A DNA stretch of 64,000 bases from Cyanophora paradoxa CCMP329 (Eukaryota > Plantae > Glaucophyta), in NCBI GenBank assembly GCA_004431415.1, contig QPMI01000510.1, forward strand, positions 62,001-126,000, read 5' to 3'. Under the pieces are notes generated by a model. The model was not told where the DNA came from. It searched no databases and saw only the letters and a list, made by a program, of their open reading frames with translations. Positions 23,334 to 35,419 of this stretch are shown here, one piece after another. Every line of letters starts with the position of its first letter. The stretch's first letter is position 1. The position numbers were made by a program, and so were the translations under genes.

Positions 23334-23933
23334 TCTGTGCGGGGACGACGGGGACACCTCGCCCTCGTCGGCGCTGCTGCGAATGACTGCCGGGTTGCTT
23401 CGGAGCGCGCGCGCCCGAGGAATGCGATCGCCGCGCAGCAGCAGCTGCTGCTCGAGAACTTGGGAAAGCGAATTCGCGAATGCAGCGCGGCCGCTCCGCC
23501 GGCGCTCCGCCGCTCCCTCCCGTCAGCGTCTTGGGAGGCCTCGTGATGTCACCCGGCACGAGTCGTTTTGACTTTTTTTCTGCGCCGTTTGGGGCTCGAG
23601 TCACGGCGGTTAGTTCGATCGTCAACTTTGACGGTTACCGCGCGCGTTAAGCGAAGTCGGATCCGGAGCTGCTGCGCATGCGGCCCGCGGGGTACCCTCG
23701 CTTGCTAGAGTACCGCGCACAGCATGCTCACAGTGCTGCTACAGCTACGGCCACATGCGCACAGCCGCGCGCTCGCCAGCGCGCGAGCGCGCGCGCCGCG
23801 GCGCCTTTTCCCCCCTCCCCTCTCTATCTCTCCCCGCGCGCGTATACCTGCATGCGCAGAGAGAATTCTCGAGCTATAGCTAGCTCTCCTGTGGGCTCAC
23901 ACTGGATCTCCCGCTCCCGTTCTCGCCGCCACC

Positions 23934-25384
23934 ATGCATATGGACGCGAATTCGAAGGCGAAAGTGACGCTGTATGCCGCCCCGAAAAGCCGGAGCGCGC
24001 TCGTCGCTTGGTACCTGGAGGGTGCGCGTGCGCCCCGGCGGCCGCGCGTCCCGAGGCCGCTGATTATGCATATGACGGAGCGCCGCGCGCGCCGCGCGAA
24101 CGCGTGCGCAGAGCTGAAAGTGCCTTACGAGACCAAGACGATCAACCTGCAGGCGCGGCAAGCCTCGAGCGCCCTAGATCTCCATTGGCCATTCCCGCTC
24201 GCCACCGCACCGGCGCCCTGCAGCTGCAGCTGACGCGGCGCCGCATGCGCAGGAGTCGGAGCAGAAGAGCGACGAGTTTAAATCCGTCAACGTGCGCGCC
24301 CCGGCCCAGCTGCAGCTGCGCGGCCGGCACTCCCGCGGCTCTGATTGAAGATATTCGATGGGTTTCGCGAAGCCCTTCCAGGTTCGGCGGCCCGAGCCGC
24401 GCCGCCTTGCGCTGCCCTTCACCTCCGGGCCTCCCGCGCGCGCCTCATCTAACGCGCCGCGCCGCTCCGCCTCCCACCTCCCCCCCACCCCCCTCCCCCA
24501 CCCCCACCCCACCCCTTTCCCCCCTCCCCTTTTCCCCCCGGCCCCCCCCTTCCTCCCCGCGAGCAGAAGGTCCCCGCCCTGACCGTCGAGGAGGCCGGGC
24601 GGCGCTTCACCCTCTTCGAGTCCGGGGCCATCCTCGTGCGCGGCCGCGGGGGCCCGATCCCCCTGATCGCGAGGGGCTACACGCCGCGCCGAGCGCCGGC
24701 GCCGCGTGTTTCGGCGCGCAGACGTATTTGGCGCACAAGTTCGACGCGCGCGCCGCGACCCCCGAGCAGCTCGCAGACGTGAACAAGGCGCGCGGCCGGA
24801 CGCCGGGCGGCTCGAGCTTGAGACTTGAGACATTATAATCACGCATATTACAATAGCAAGGAAGACTCCGTTTTTCGCCGCCGACGCTGACGGCGCCGGC
24901 TTGCAGTGGGTCGTCTTCGCGAGCGCAAGCCTCTCCGTGAGCAATCGCGATCTCGGGGGTGGAGCTCGGGGATGCGGACGCAGGCAAACCGTACCCCCGG
25001 CCCGCAGGTCGGCCTGCTCTACGAGGCGTCGCGCGAGGGCGCCGTGCCCGGCCTCGTCCGCCCTGTACCCCCTCCCCTCGGAGCGCCATGCACGTGCACC
25101 CCCCTCACAGGCACCCCTCGCAGCTGGATCCCCTAGAGAGCATCCTCTCAAAGCAGCCCTGGCTCCTCGGGAGTGCGCCTATATAGCTACCCCCCTTCGC
25201 TCCCTCCCCGGGCCCCCCTGCGGGCGATCTCACGGCCGCCCCGCAGGCGATCTCACGGCCGCCGACGTGGCCGTGGCCTCGTACCTCTACCTCCTCGACA
25301 TCATGATCCCATCCCTCGACCTCTCCCCGTACCCCAAGGGTTCCGCCCCCGCTTTCTGAATTCTCCTGCACGCACCGAAGCGCG

Positions 25385-25439
<55 letters not shown>

Positions 25440-25582
25440 CGCCGGCCGCCAGTGCAGGAGTACGTGAAGCGCGCCTCGGAGCGGGAGGCCTTCAGGAGGC
25501 GCGCCCCGCCGCCGCCTCCCGATCGCCCCCGCGGCTCGCCTGACCGCCCCCGCGCCTGTGCAGGACCGTCGGCAACCGCTGA
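23934..25582 (+). CDS. Glutathione S-transferase, cyanobacterial (chi-class-like) type
   Basis: VTLYAAPKSRSALVAWYLEELKVPYE, PFQKVPAL, LFESGAILTYLAHKF, LESILSKQPWLLG-DLTAADVAVASYL, LDLSPYPKVQEYVKRASEREAF. Confidence 0.9.
25385..25438 (+). repeat. Long poly(C) tract in a GST intron
   Basis: About 50 consecutive C between the exons ...SPYPK and VQEYVKR. Confidence 0.9.
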
Positions 25583-25806
25583 CCACGCGATGGGCAGCCG
25601 CGGCTCGCGATCGGGGCGCAAACTTCTGGCGCAGCACCCGGATTCGCTTCCCTTCAACTTTGGTCTGGCCGGATCCGCCCCCCCCGCGCTAGCGTTGCAG
25701 ATCCAGATCTCCTGCAAACGTCGAGACCCCCGCGAGCCCTCGGAGTGCAATCAACGCGATCAAACGGATCTTCGAGGCGAGCTGGCAGAAAGGGGCCGGG
25801 GCGCGG

Positions 25807-28800
25807 CTAGGCGAGGCCCCTGACGACGCTGGGGAGGCGCCGGACGCGCTCGGGGGGCCGCGGCGTCCACACCGCCTTCTCCACGCCGGGCTCTGCCTCC
25901 GCGGCGGCCGGCGGGGCAGGGGCGGGGGCGGGGGCGGGGGCCTCGGGCTCGGGGTCGTCGGGGTCGGGGAAGACCTGGGGGGAGGGGCGGGCGGCGAAGA
26001 GGGCGGCGAGGGCGACGAGCTGGCAGCTGGCGGCGGCGATGGCGAGGCCGGCGGAGGGGCCGTAGCGGAGGGCGGCGGAAGGGGCGAGGAGGGCGCGGAC
26101 GGCGGGGGCGGCGGCGTGGCGCTCCGAGACGGCGAAGAAGGTGGCGAGGTGGAGGGCGTCCAGGAGGAGCGCGCAGGCGGCGAGGCCGGCGCGGAAGGGC
26201 AGGGCGCGCCCGCCGGGGCGGAAGGCGGCCCGCGGGCGGAGGTCGAGGGCGAGGAGGGCGGCGAGGGCGGCCCCCGCGAGGGCGGCGAGGAGTCCCAGGG
26301 CGAAGGCGGCGGCGAGGCCGGAGCGGAGGGGGCAGAGGCCGAGGCTGTCCCCGCCCCACGCCTCCAGGGAGACGAGGGCGCAGAGGTCGGCCCAGGGGAC
26401 GCGCGGCGCGCCCCAGTCCTCCCCGAGCGCCACCTCCAGGAGGCCGGCGCGGGGCAGGAGCCAGAGGGGCAGGCCCAGGGCGAGGGGCCGCAGGAGGGCG
26501 GCGGCGAGGGCGGCGGCGAAGCGGAGGGCGGCGCCCGGGAGGAGGGAGGCGGGGCGCTTCTCCTCGGGGAAGTCGGCGGCCCGGGCGGCCACCCAGCGCA
26601 CCTGCAGCAGCAGCGCGGCGCCACGAGGGCGGCAGCAGCGCGGGGAGCACGGCGACCTCGGCCGGGGAGGGCGCCCCGGGGCCGCCCCGAGGAGGGCGGC
26701 CGCCTCCACGCTGAAGCCCGGCGCCGCGAGCAGCAGCGCCGCGCTCGCCGCGGGGCCCAGCAGGCGCACGGGGGCGCCCCGAAGCCGGCCCGCCCCAGCA
26801 AGCGCGCCGCCAGGTGCCCCGCGCAGGTCGCCGGCGGGGCGGCGCCGGGCCCCGCGGGGGCGCAGAGGAGGGCGTACTCGGCGCGGGAGAGGGTGAGGGA
26901 GACGGAGCGCGGGGCGCGGGGAGGGAGCGGAGGCCCCGGCGCAGCGGCGCCGCGAGCGTGGCCACCGCTCGGCAGAAGGCCGGCGCCCCCGCCGTCCCGT
27001 TGGCGGTGGGGGCGATGGCGGCCGGCGCGGAGGCGTTGCCGGCGCAGAGGAGGACTTCGACGTCGACGGGGGGCGCGAGGAAGGAGAAGGCGCACGGGCG
27101 CCCGATGGCGCACGCCGTCTCGTTGAGGGCCCCGCCCGCCCCCGCCGCCTGCAGCGCCGGCTCGAGCAGCACGGGGGCCCACCCCGCCGCCGTGGGCGGG
27201 GCGGAGGGCGCGGGGAGGACGAGGAAGTGGGCGGGGCAGGGGGCGGCGAGGGCGGCGGGGCAGGGGCCGCGGAAGTGGTCGGCGGAGAGGACGAACGCGA
27301 GGCGGGAGACGTTCCGCCCGAGGCTCGCGCAGTGCGCCGCGTCCGGCGCGGGGTCCCGGCAGAGGAGGACCTCGGCGGGGTGCGCGGGGGAGGGCGACGA
27401 GGGGTCGCCCCACGCGAGGGCGCACGGCAGGCCCTCGGAGCACGCGGCCGGCGACTCGGTGACGTTGACGGCGGAGCCGAGGAGGCGGAGGGGCGTGCGG
27501 GCGCAGGCGGCGGGGACGGCGAGGGGGGAGACGGGGCACGCGACGAGCGCCGCGTCGCACGCGCTGCGGCGGACCGCTCGCCGGCGAAAGAACGGGCGGG
27601 GAGGCGGGGGGGCGGGCGGGGCGCACCGGGCGAAGGGGGTGCCGCAGAGGAAGACGAGGTGGGCCTCGGAGGGCGAGAAGGGGAAGGCCTGCTCGGCGGC
27701 CTCCGCGGCGCTCGAGAAGGGGATGCTCGCCGCCTCGCTCCGGGCGACGGGGAGGCAGGCCTCGGGCCCCGCCGGCCAGGCCCGGCAGAGGGAGAGCTGG
27801 AGGGGGTAGGGGTGGGAGGCGAGGGCGCGGCAGGTGGCGGGGGCGGCGGGGTCGCGGCGGAGGGCGCAGGAGCCCGAGGCGGCGAGGGCGGCGACGGGCG
27901 GGTGCTGCACCACCTCCAGGGGCCACCACGCCGCCAGCGCCGACCTGCGCGCGGGCCCGTCAGAGGAGACGCAAGAGCTCTGGGGAGGGCCGCACCGGGG
28001 GTCGGAGGGGGTGGAGATGACGGCGAAGGCGGGGCAGGAGGCGCCGCCCACGAGCTCAGTCCCGTTCCCGCTGCCCCGCCCCGCCAGTGAGCCGCCCGTG
28101 AGCGCGCGCGAGGGAGGGGGGACGCCGGCGGGGGCCCTCGCGCTGCTAGAGGGGGGGCGGGCGGGCTCGCCAGAGGCGGCGGAGGGCGGCGAGGGGCAGG
28201 TCGAGGGCGGCCGGGCTGCTGTACGTCTCGTTCCGCTCCGGCACCTGCAGCTGCGCGCGAGTCGGCGGCGGGCCCGGATGCGATGAAGCCAGAGGGCGGG
28301 GGCGGGGGCGGACGGGGAAGCAGGCGGGGGCGCTGTAGGGCAAGGAGGGGCACAAGAAGAGCTCCACGTCCCTGCGGGGGCCGGCGTCGGGGGGGGGGGG
28401 GGGAAGAAAAGAGGCGGCGCTGGTCGGTGGCCGGCGCACCGGCGGCCGGACCAGACGAGGCGGCAGGCGGGGGCGGCGGCCTCGGCGCCGCAGCGGCGGT
28501 TCGAGGCGGCCGCGTCCACGACAATCGCCCGGCTGCCGGCCCCGTCAGACGCCCGGCGCCGGCGGGCGGGATAGCTAGGCGGAGGCAGAGCCGGGCGCCA
28601 CAGAGCCCAGGCGCGTTGACTGATTCTCGATTGCGGGCGGGGGCCGGGGCGGGGGCGGGGCGCGCCTGCGGTGGAGGTCGACGACGCGGGCCTCGGAGAG
28701 CATGTCCGTCCGGTCCGCCGCCGTCAGCAGCCAGTCCGCGAAGCACCGGCTGCCCCCGCACGCCCGTGAGCCCCGCGCGAAGGGCGAGCGGGCGGGGCCG

Positions 28801-31800
28801 CCGGCGCCGGGGCGCACTCGGCGGTGGCGTTTGCGCAGACGAAGTCGTACGCGGCGAGGGGCACGCGGGCGGGGTGCGCGGCGGGGGCCCGCGGCGTCTC
28901 CACCGAGCCCTCCGCCTGCGCGCCAGGGCGGGGGCGGGCGGGGGTGAGAGGGCGGGCGGTGCAAAGGGGTAGGGCGCGGGGCCGGGGCGCACGAGGGCGC
29001 AGTCGCCCCTCACAGAGGGCGCGCGGCCCGTCAACCGCCGGCACACGTACACGTCCACGAAGGGCTGCCCCCGCACCGCCCCGGTGAGGGGGGGAAGGCG
29101 GGGAGGGCACGAGGGGCGGGGCGGGGCGCACGGTGCCGGTCCACCAGAGGGGGCACCCGCCGGTCGAGTTGTGCGCGCACTTGCGCCCGTTGACCGTCTC
29201 CGCCGCGAAGGCCGGCGGGGAGCGCGCCGGGCGGACCTCCAGCGCCGCCGTCCCGTTGTGCACGCCGGGGTACGACGGGGCGAGCACGACGAGGTCGCGC
29301 AGCCAGCGGGCGCCCCGCCCGGAGTCGAACCCGAAGGTGGCGTTGTCCAGCGCGGCGAGGAAGCCGCCGATCTGGATGGGGTTCGCCCCCGTCGCGGGGG
29401 CCGCCTCCACGCAGAGCGACGCGTTGCGCTCGCCCGGCGGGCAGAGGCGGAGGGCGACGGGGCCCGGGCCGTCCCAGAGGACCGGGCACCCCTCGGGCTC
29501 GACGTAGCACGTGAGCCCCGCGCTGCCCCGCACGCCTGCGACCCGCAGCCGGGGGTACCCCACGACGATGTGCCCCGCGAGGTTCGAGACGAGGTCGGTG
29601 AGGGCCACGAGGCCCCGGTACCCCTCCAGCAGCGCGGCGGGGCTCAGCGACGCGTAGAGGGCGGTGAGGCGGTCGTCGCAGTAGCGGCTCTGGGCGATCT
29701 CCGCGGGGAAGAGCTCCTGGGAGGCGGCGAGGCAGCCGCGGACCCAGGCGCCGGCCTCCTCCGACGCGACGACCACCAGCGACATGTTGCACCTGGGGGG
29801 GCAGGGGTGAGGGGGGCGGGAGAGGGTGGGCGGGGGCCGGGCGGGGGCACCAGGGGACGGAGGCGTCGCCGCAGAGGCGGGCGACGGAGGCCCACGAGCC
29901 GAAGGAGACGGCGGCGGCGAGCTCGCCGAGGGTCACGTTCAGGCCGCCCCGCGACTGCCCGGCCAGCAGGCAGCGCAGCGGGTCCAGGCCGGCCGCCGAC
30001 CCCTGGCAGAGGAAGTAGTGCATCGAGGCGTTCCCCGGCGGCTGCACCGAGACCCGCACCGCGAGGGCGCGGGCCTGCTCCTCGGGGGTGCCCGCGGGGA
30101 GGGGCCCGGCGGGGAGCGAGGCGGGGTAGCGCTCGGCGGAGAGCAGCGCGGAGACGACGACGAAGGCGATCGAGTCGCGGCTCGCGCGGGCCCCGAGCGC
30201 CCCCGCCGCCGTCCCCGCGTCGAAGGGGTGGCCGGCCGGCAGCGCGAGTAGCACCGCCGTGCACGCGCGCTCGCCCGGGGCCGCCCCGCAGACGGCCGCC
30301 CGGTCGGCCTCGGAGACGGGGAGCGAGGTGCGGTTCGCGGGGGCCTCGTACACGACGGCGCGGCAGGCGGCGGCCGCCCGGGCGCCGTCGGCGGCCAGGA
30401 GGGCGAGCTCGGCGTCGCGGCTCTCGGGGCCCGCCCCGAGGCGCCGGCAGAGGCGCATCTCCGCGAAGCTCGGGCCCGCCCACTCCGCCTCGCACCGGAG
30501 GCTGCCCCCCGCCGGGCACACGAGCGGCGGCCGCCGCAGCGACACCTGCCGCGCCCCGTCAAAAAGGCCGAACGAAGCGGCGGCGGCCGGTGCGAGCGCT
30601 AGAGGGGCGGCGCCCAGGGCGGAGCGGGCGGGGCCCAACGCCGAGCGTGAGCGGCGGGGAGCGCCTCACCTTCCTCGAGTCGTCGGGGAGGAGGCGGATG
30701 GGGGCGCCGGCGCGCGACTCCAGCTCCTCGGGGCTCTCCTGCGGCGGGGAGTCGGAGAGTGCAGGAGACGAGCGCGGGGAGCACGAAGGCGGGGTGGGAC
30801 TCGTAAGCTATCCGGCGCTAGGACGAGGCCCCCGCGCCGCCCCGTGCCCGGCGGCGGGGCGGACCTGCATGCAGGGCGGAAGGACCTTGATCTGGGCCAT
30901 GCAGCCGGCCGAGACGCTGCCGGCGGAGCTCAGCGGGGCCCGGTCCCTGCGGCGCCCCGCGGGCGGGCGGGGGGCACCTGGCGCCCGGGTCGGGGTTGAG
31001 GGTGGCGTTGCAGAGCTGGAGGTCCGAGACGGCGAGCGTGTACGACACCGGCGTCTTCGCCAGCTCCAGCACCTGCCGCGCCGCCCGCGCCCTCAGCCTG
31101 GCCGATGCCCGAGTCCCTCCGCGAGGACAGCGAGCGGTGCGGCGGGGCGGGGCGGGCGGGCCTTGATGCAGCGGAGGCGCTGGGGGGCGCCGGAGGGGAG
31201 GGTCCCCGGGAGGGCGCGGGGGGCGCAGAGGTAGACGTCGGCCGCCGGCACCGCCGCGCCCTCCCACGCGACCCTCCGCGCCACGTTCGGCGAGAGCCAG
31301 CTGCCCGCCCCCGTCAGCAGACGAGAGGGCGCCGGATCCCGGGGCCGCCCTCGGGCGGGGCGACCTCGTGGTCGTGGCGTCGGGGAGGAGGAGCGCCGCG
31401 CGGGGCGTCCAGAGCTTCAGCGGCGCGTATTTCAGTATCCAGTCCACGTTCTCCGCCCCGCCCTGCGCCGAGGGGCCGGTCAGGGCCGCGGCGCTGGCTC
31501 GGCGAAGCGAGGGCAGTCTAGTCGAGGTCGGAGCCGCCTTTCCCCCCCTGCGCCCACCCTCCGCCCCTGACCTGGTTGGAGAACCACTTGGCCTGCCACT
31601 CCACCTCGCACGCCATGCGGCTGCCACGTGCGCCCGCGGCGGTCAGCGGCGCGCGGCCACGCGGCGCGCGAGGGAGCTCGGGGGTCGCTCGCCTGGGGTC
31701 GACGGTGTCGCGCTGGAAGCGGCTACACGCCCCGCACATCGCCAGCCCCTGCGCCCGCTGCTCGGCCGGGGCCCAAGCGGGGACGGGGGTCGGGCGCGGG

Positions 31801-32419
31801 GGCCCCGGGCGTGCCTTGTCGAGGGCGACGGTGAAGGTGTGCCGGTAGTAGAGCGCGCCGTTCGGGTTGCTCGACGTCTGCGCGCGCTCTGAGGGCGGCC
31901 GGCCGCGGCGGCGGGTCGGAGGGGCGCGGCACCTGCCAGTCGACCCAGTAGAGGCTGGAGTTGGCGGCCATGAGGCGCTCGTCCTGCACCGCCGCCGACT
32001 GCCCCGGCGCGTCGAAGGCCTCCCCGGTCCGCGAGCTCGCCCCCTGCCGCCCGCGATTCGGTCCGAGGGGGCGAGCTGGGGGAAGAGGGGCGCACGGGGC
32101 GGATGCGCATGCCGACGGCGCCGTCCTCCGTGGAGGGGTTGTCCGGCCCCGCGACGATGCCGCTGTACTCGACGACGGCGCCGACCCCGCACGGCCCGAA
32201 GATGGGGCAGTACTGGGCCGTCGCCCCGCCCCAGAAGGCCAGGGAGAGGGCCCGCGGCTCGGCCGGCCTCGCCAGCGCGAGGACCGCGAGCAGCGCCAGC
32301 GCGGCGGGCCACGCCCCGCGTCTTGGGGGGACCTTGCGGGGCGCGCGTCTTGGGGGCGGCTCGCCGGCCCGGGGGCCCGCGCCGCTCCTCCGCGGCCGCG
32401 CGCCCACGCTTCCGTCCAT
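25807..32419 (-). CDS. Large cell-surface protein: signal/anchor, Cys-patterned repeats, C-terminal multi-TM region
   Basis: Hydrophobic leader AALALLAVLALARPAEP, multiple N-x-S/T sequons, repeated C-x-C-x3-W-x-G...V-x-L-C units, and several C-terminal TM helices ending YGPSAGLAIAAASCQLVALAALF. Confidence 0.65.
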
Positions 32420-32641
32420 GTGCAGCTGCTGCGCGCCCGCCAGCAATCGTTTGGGCCGCGACGTCCCTAGCGCGGTCCTCCTTCCTAACCACCGATTGCT
32501 GGATGTTTCAGAAGAGCCCCGAGCTAGATGCTGGGGCCGAGAAACGGTCGGCGCCACGGGCGGAAACGGCACCCACGTCCGATGCCCCGTAGCGGCCGCG
32601 GGGACGCAAGCTGAGCCCTAAAACAAACAGGAGACCGCTCG

Positions 32642-35097
32642 ATGATGCGCAGCGCTCGCCGGGGCTCCTTGCGGTGGAAGCGCCTGTGGCTGCGAGCGAG
32701 CTCCGAGAAGAGCCGCGCGGCGGGCCTAATCGTCCCTCATCACCTCGTAGCTAAGCACGAGAAACCTCTCGCGCTCGCGAGAAGCCAGAGCTGCAGGGGC
32801 TCACGTCGCAACTCGTGGGGGGTACGCCACGAGGCAAGCAGAAAGGCCGCAAACGAGATTCAAAGCGGCAGGGCGGCTTCCGCAGCTTTGGTCGCGTGAA
32901 GAAACGCGCAAGGCACCGGGGCCTTGACTGCCGGCGCGGGCATCCTTAGCTGAGAGCATCCGGGAGCAAGAGGCCGTCGGCTCACGCGTCGGCAAGCTTA
33001 CAAGGAGACGCGTTCGCGCTTAGGCGCGCCCGGCCTCTTCCGGGATGAGGTGGGAGGAGGTGCGTCGTCGACGTCCGCCTTGCCGCAGGCGCGCCAGGCC
33101 AGCCCGCTCGCGCCCACCCGGACGCTTCCGGACGATCGCAGTATCGAGCCAAGGCGTTCGTTGTGCCAGGCCTTGCCGACGAAGCCCCCGGCCTCTGGCG
33201 GCCGCAGGCGAGCCTCCTTTCGTCGTTCGGCTAAGCCTCTGCTGATCGCGCCCGCCCCGCAGCGCCGGATCTCGAGCACGCTGACGTGCATCGACGACGT
33301 TCTGTACCTATTCGGGGGCGCCGATGACAAGCGCGCGCTGAACGACTGCTGGATGTTCAGGCGCGCTTCGTTTGCGCCGCGCGCGGCCGGCGCGGCGCCG
33401 CTGACGGGGCGCGCAGCAAGGCGATCCGAGCGTGGTGCCCGCTGTTCAGGCCGAGCGTGATGGAGGAGAGCGGCCGGAAGAAGGCGCCGGGGGCGCGCGG
33501 GGGGCGGAAGACGACGGGGATGGACCCGGTCTTCGCGGAGTGGGAGGACGAGGACGACGCGAACCCCGCCGAGGCCGACCCCACGCTCTACTCCGCCCGC
33601 TCCGCGCCCCGCATGACCGCCGGCTGGAACCGGTGCCCCCCGGCCCGGCGCGAGCGGAGACTCCCGCGCGCCCGCTCACGCGCGCCGCGCGGCCGCAGCG
33701 TGGGCCTGTGCCCGCCGCCGCGCTCGGGGCACACGGCGTCCGTGTTCGACGCCGACCCGACGCGGGTGTACGTGTTCGGTGGCAACCACCTCGCCGAGGG
33801 CCGCCTCCACGCCGACCTCTGGAGCCTGGTGCCCCCTCCCCCCGCCCCGCCCGAGCCGCGCGCCCCCCGCCGCGCCGCGCCGCGCCGAGCCGCGTGCCCC
33901 CGCAGGACACCGCCGAGGACCTCCCGTCCTGGACCGAGGTCGTCGCGGAGGGGACGCGGCCGGCCCCCCGGTGGCATCACACGGTACCCCCCCTCCCCTT
34001 CTTCCCCCCCCCCGGGGCGCGGGGCGCACCTTGTCCGACCGGAGCGCAGGCGAACACGTTCAGGGATCGGCTCTTCGTCTTCGGGGGCGAGGGGAGGGAC
34101 ACGATGCCCCTCGGGGACGTCGCCGTGTACTCCCTGGGTCCGCGAACGAAGGCTTTTCGTGTACCCCCGAACGATCCCGAAGCCCGGGCGGGGGGCGCAG
34201 AGCGGAGGAGGTGGATGGAGGTGCGGAAGGCGGTGTTCGCGAGCCCCGAGCCGCGCCACCTGCACGCCACCGTCCGCTACGGCGAGAAGCTCGTCGTCAT
34301 CGGGTTCGAGTCCCGGGGGGGGCCTCTCAGGAGTCGGCGAGACGGCCGCTGAACTTGGGGGCGTGAGCAGGGGGATGGGGGCGGACGTGATGACGCCGGT
34401 GGAGCCGTGCTGGGTCTTCGACGCGGAGCTGATGACGTGGAACCCGCTGAAAACCACGGGGTCCTCCCCCTTCTGCTCCACCCCGGGCGGCCCGTGCGTC
34501 GCCCCCCGGGCCCCTGCCCCTCCAGAGCTCGCATCCGCGCGCACCTCGCCGCCTTCGGCCCCGTTCACTTATCCTAAGCCGCCCTACCCCCTTCGCTTCC
34601 CCCTTCCCCCGTCCTTCCCCTCGTCTTCACCTGACCACTCCCTCCTCTCTCTCTGCGCCGCGCAGGGTGGACACGACGCTGATCGGGCACACGGCGGTGA
34701 TCCACGGGAGCACAGTGGTCGTCTTCGGGGGCAGCCGCGGCGGCACGCCCCTCAACAACACCTACCTCCTCGACCTCGGTGACCCGCCCCGCGCCCCGGC
34801 GGCCTGCGGCGCCCTGACCCGCGCGGCAGTCACGAACGAGTGGCACGAGTACAGCGTGCGGCAGCAGTGGGAGACGGACGCGGGGCCCCCGGCGGCGCGC
34901 TGGAAGCACGCGAGCGCCGTCAACTCCAGCACGGGCGAGGCGCGTCGATCAAACCCTCTCCACCCACCTCCCTTCGGCCGCTGACCGCGCCTGCGCAGGT
35001 CTACATCTTCGGGGGCATGCACCTGCGCAGCAGGCTCAACGACCTGTGGCAGATGAGCGGCGTGCCCAGGATGCTAGCGACCGCGCCGGCAGGGTAG
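32642..35097 (+). CDS. Kelch-repeat (beta-propeller) protein
   Basis: Six Kelch-type blades: LYLFGG..LNDCW, PRSGHTA..VYVFGG..DLWSL, PRWHHT..LFVFGG, PRHLHAT..LVVIG, GHTAV..VVVFGG..LNNTY, ARWKHAS..VYIFGG..LNDLW. Start uncertain. Confidence 0.88.
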
Positions 35098-35419
35098 CGG
35101 TGTGTCGCAAATCGAGTATGGACATCCATGCCGCCGAGCATGCATCGCCGGGCCCGGAGCTCCTGCCGTCCGGCGTCGAGTCGTCCAGCACAAGCGGCAC
35201 GCGCGCGTCTGTCCGGATCCCGATGTCGCCCCCGTCCGGTCTTTAGTATTGAATAAGGGGCTGCTGTGCGGAGGCCATCCAATTGCAACACAACTGCGTC
35301 AAGCACACTAGCTCTACTTGGAAACAAGTGCCGGCGCCGAAAAAACACGTGCGCGGGGCGAGGCACGGGAGGGGGCGTGCGGAAAAAGGGGCGCGGGGGC
35401 GGGAGGGGCCGGCGCGGGC

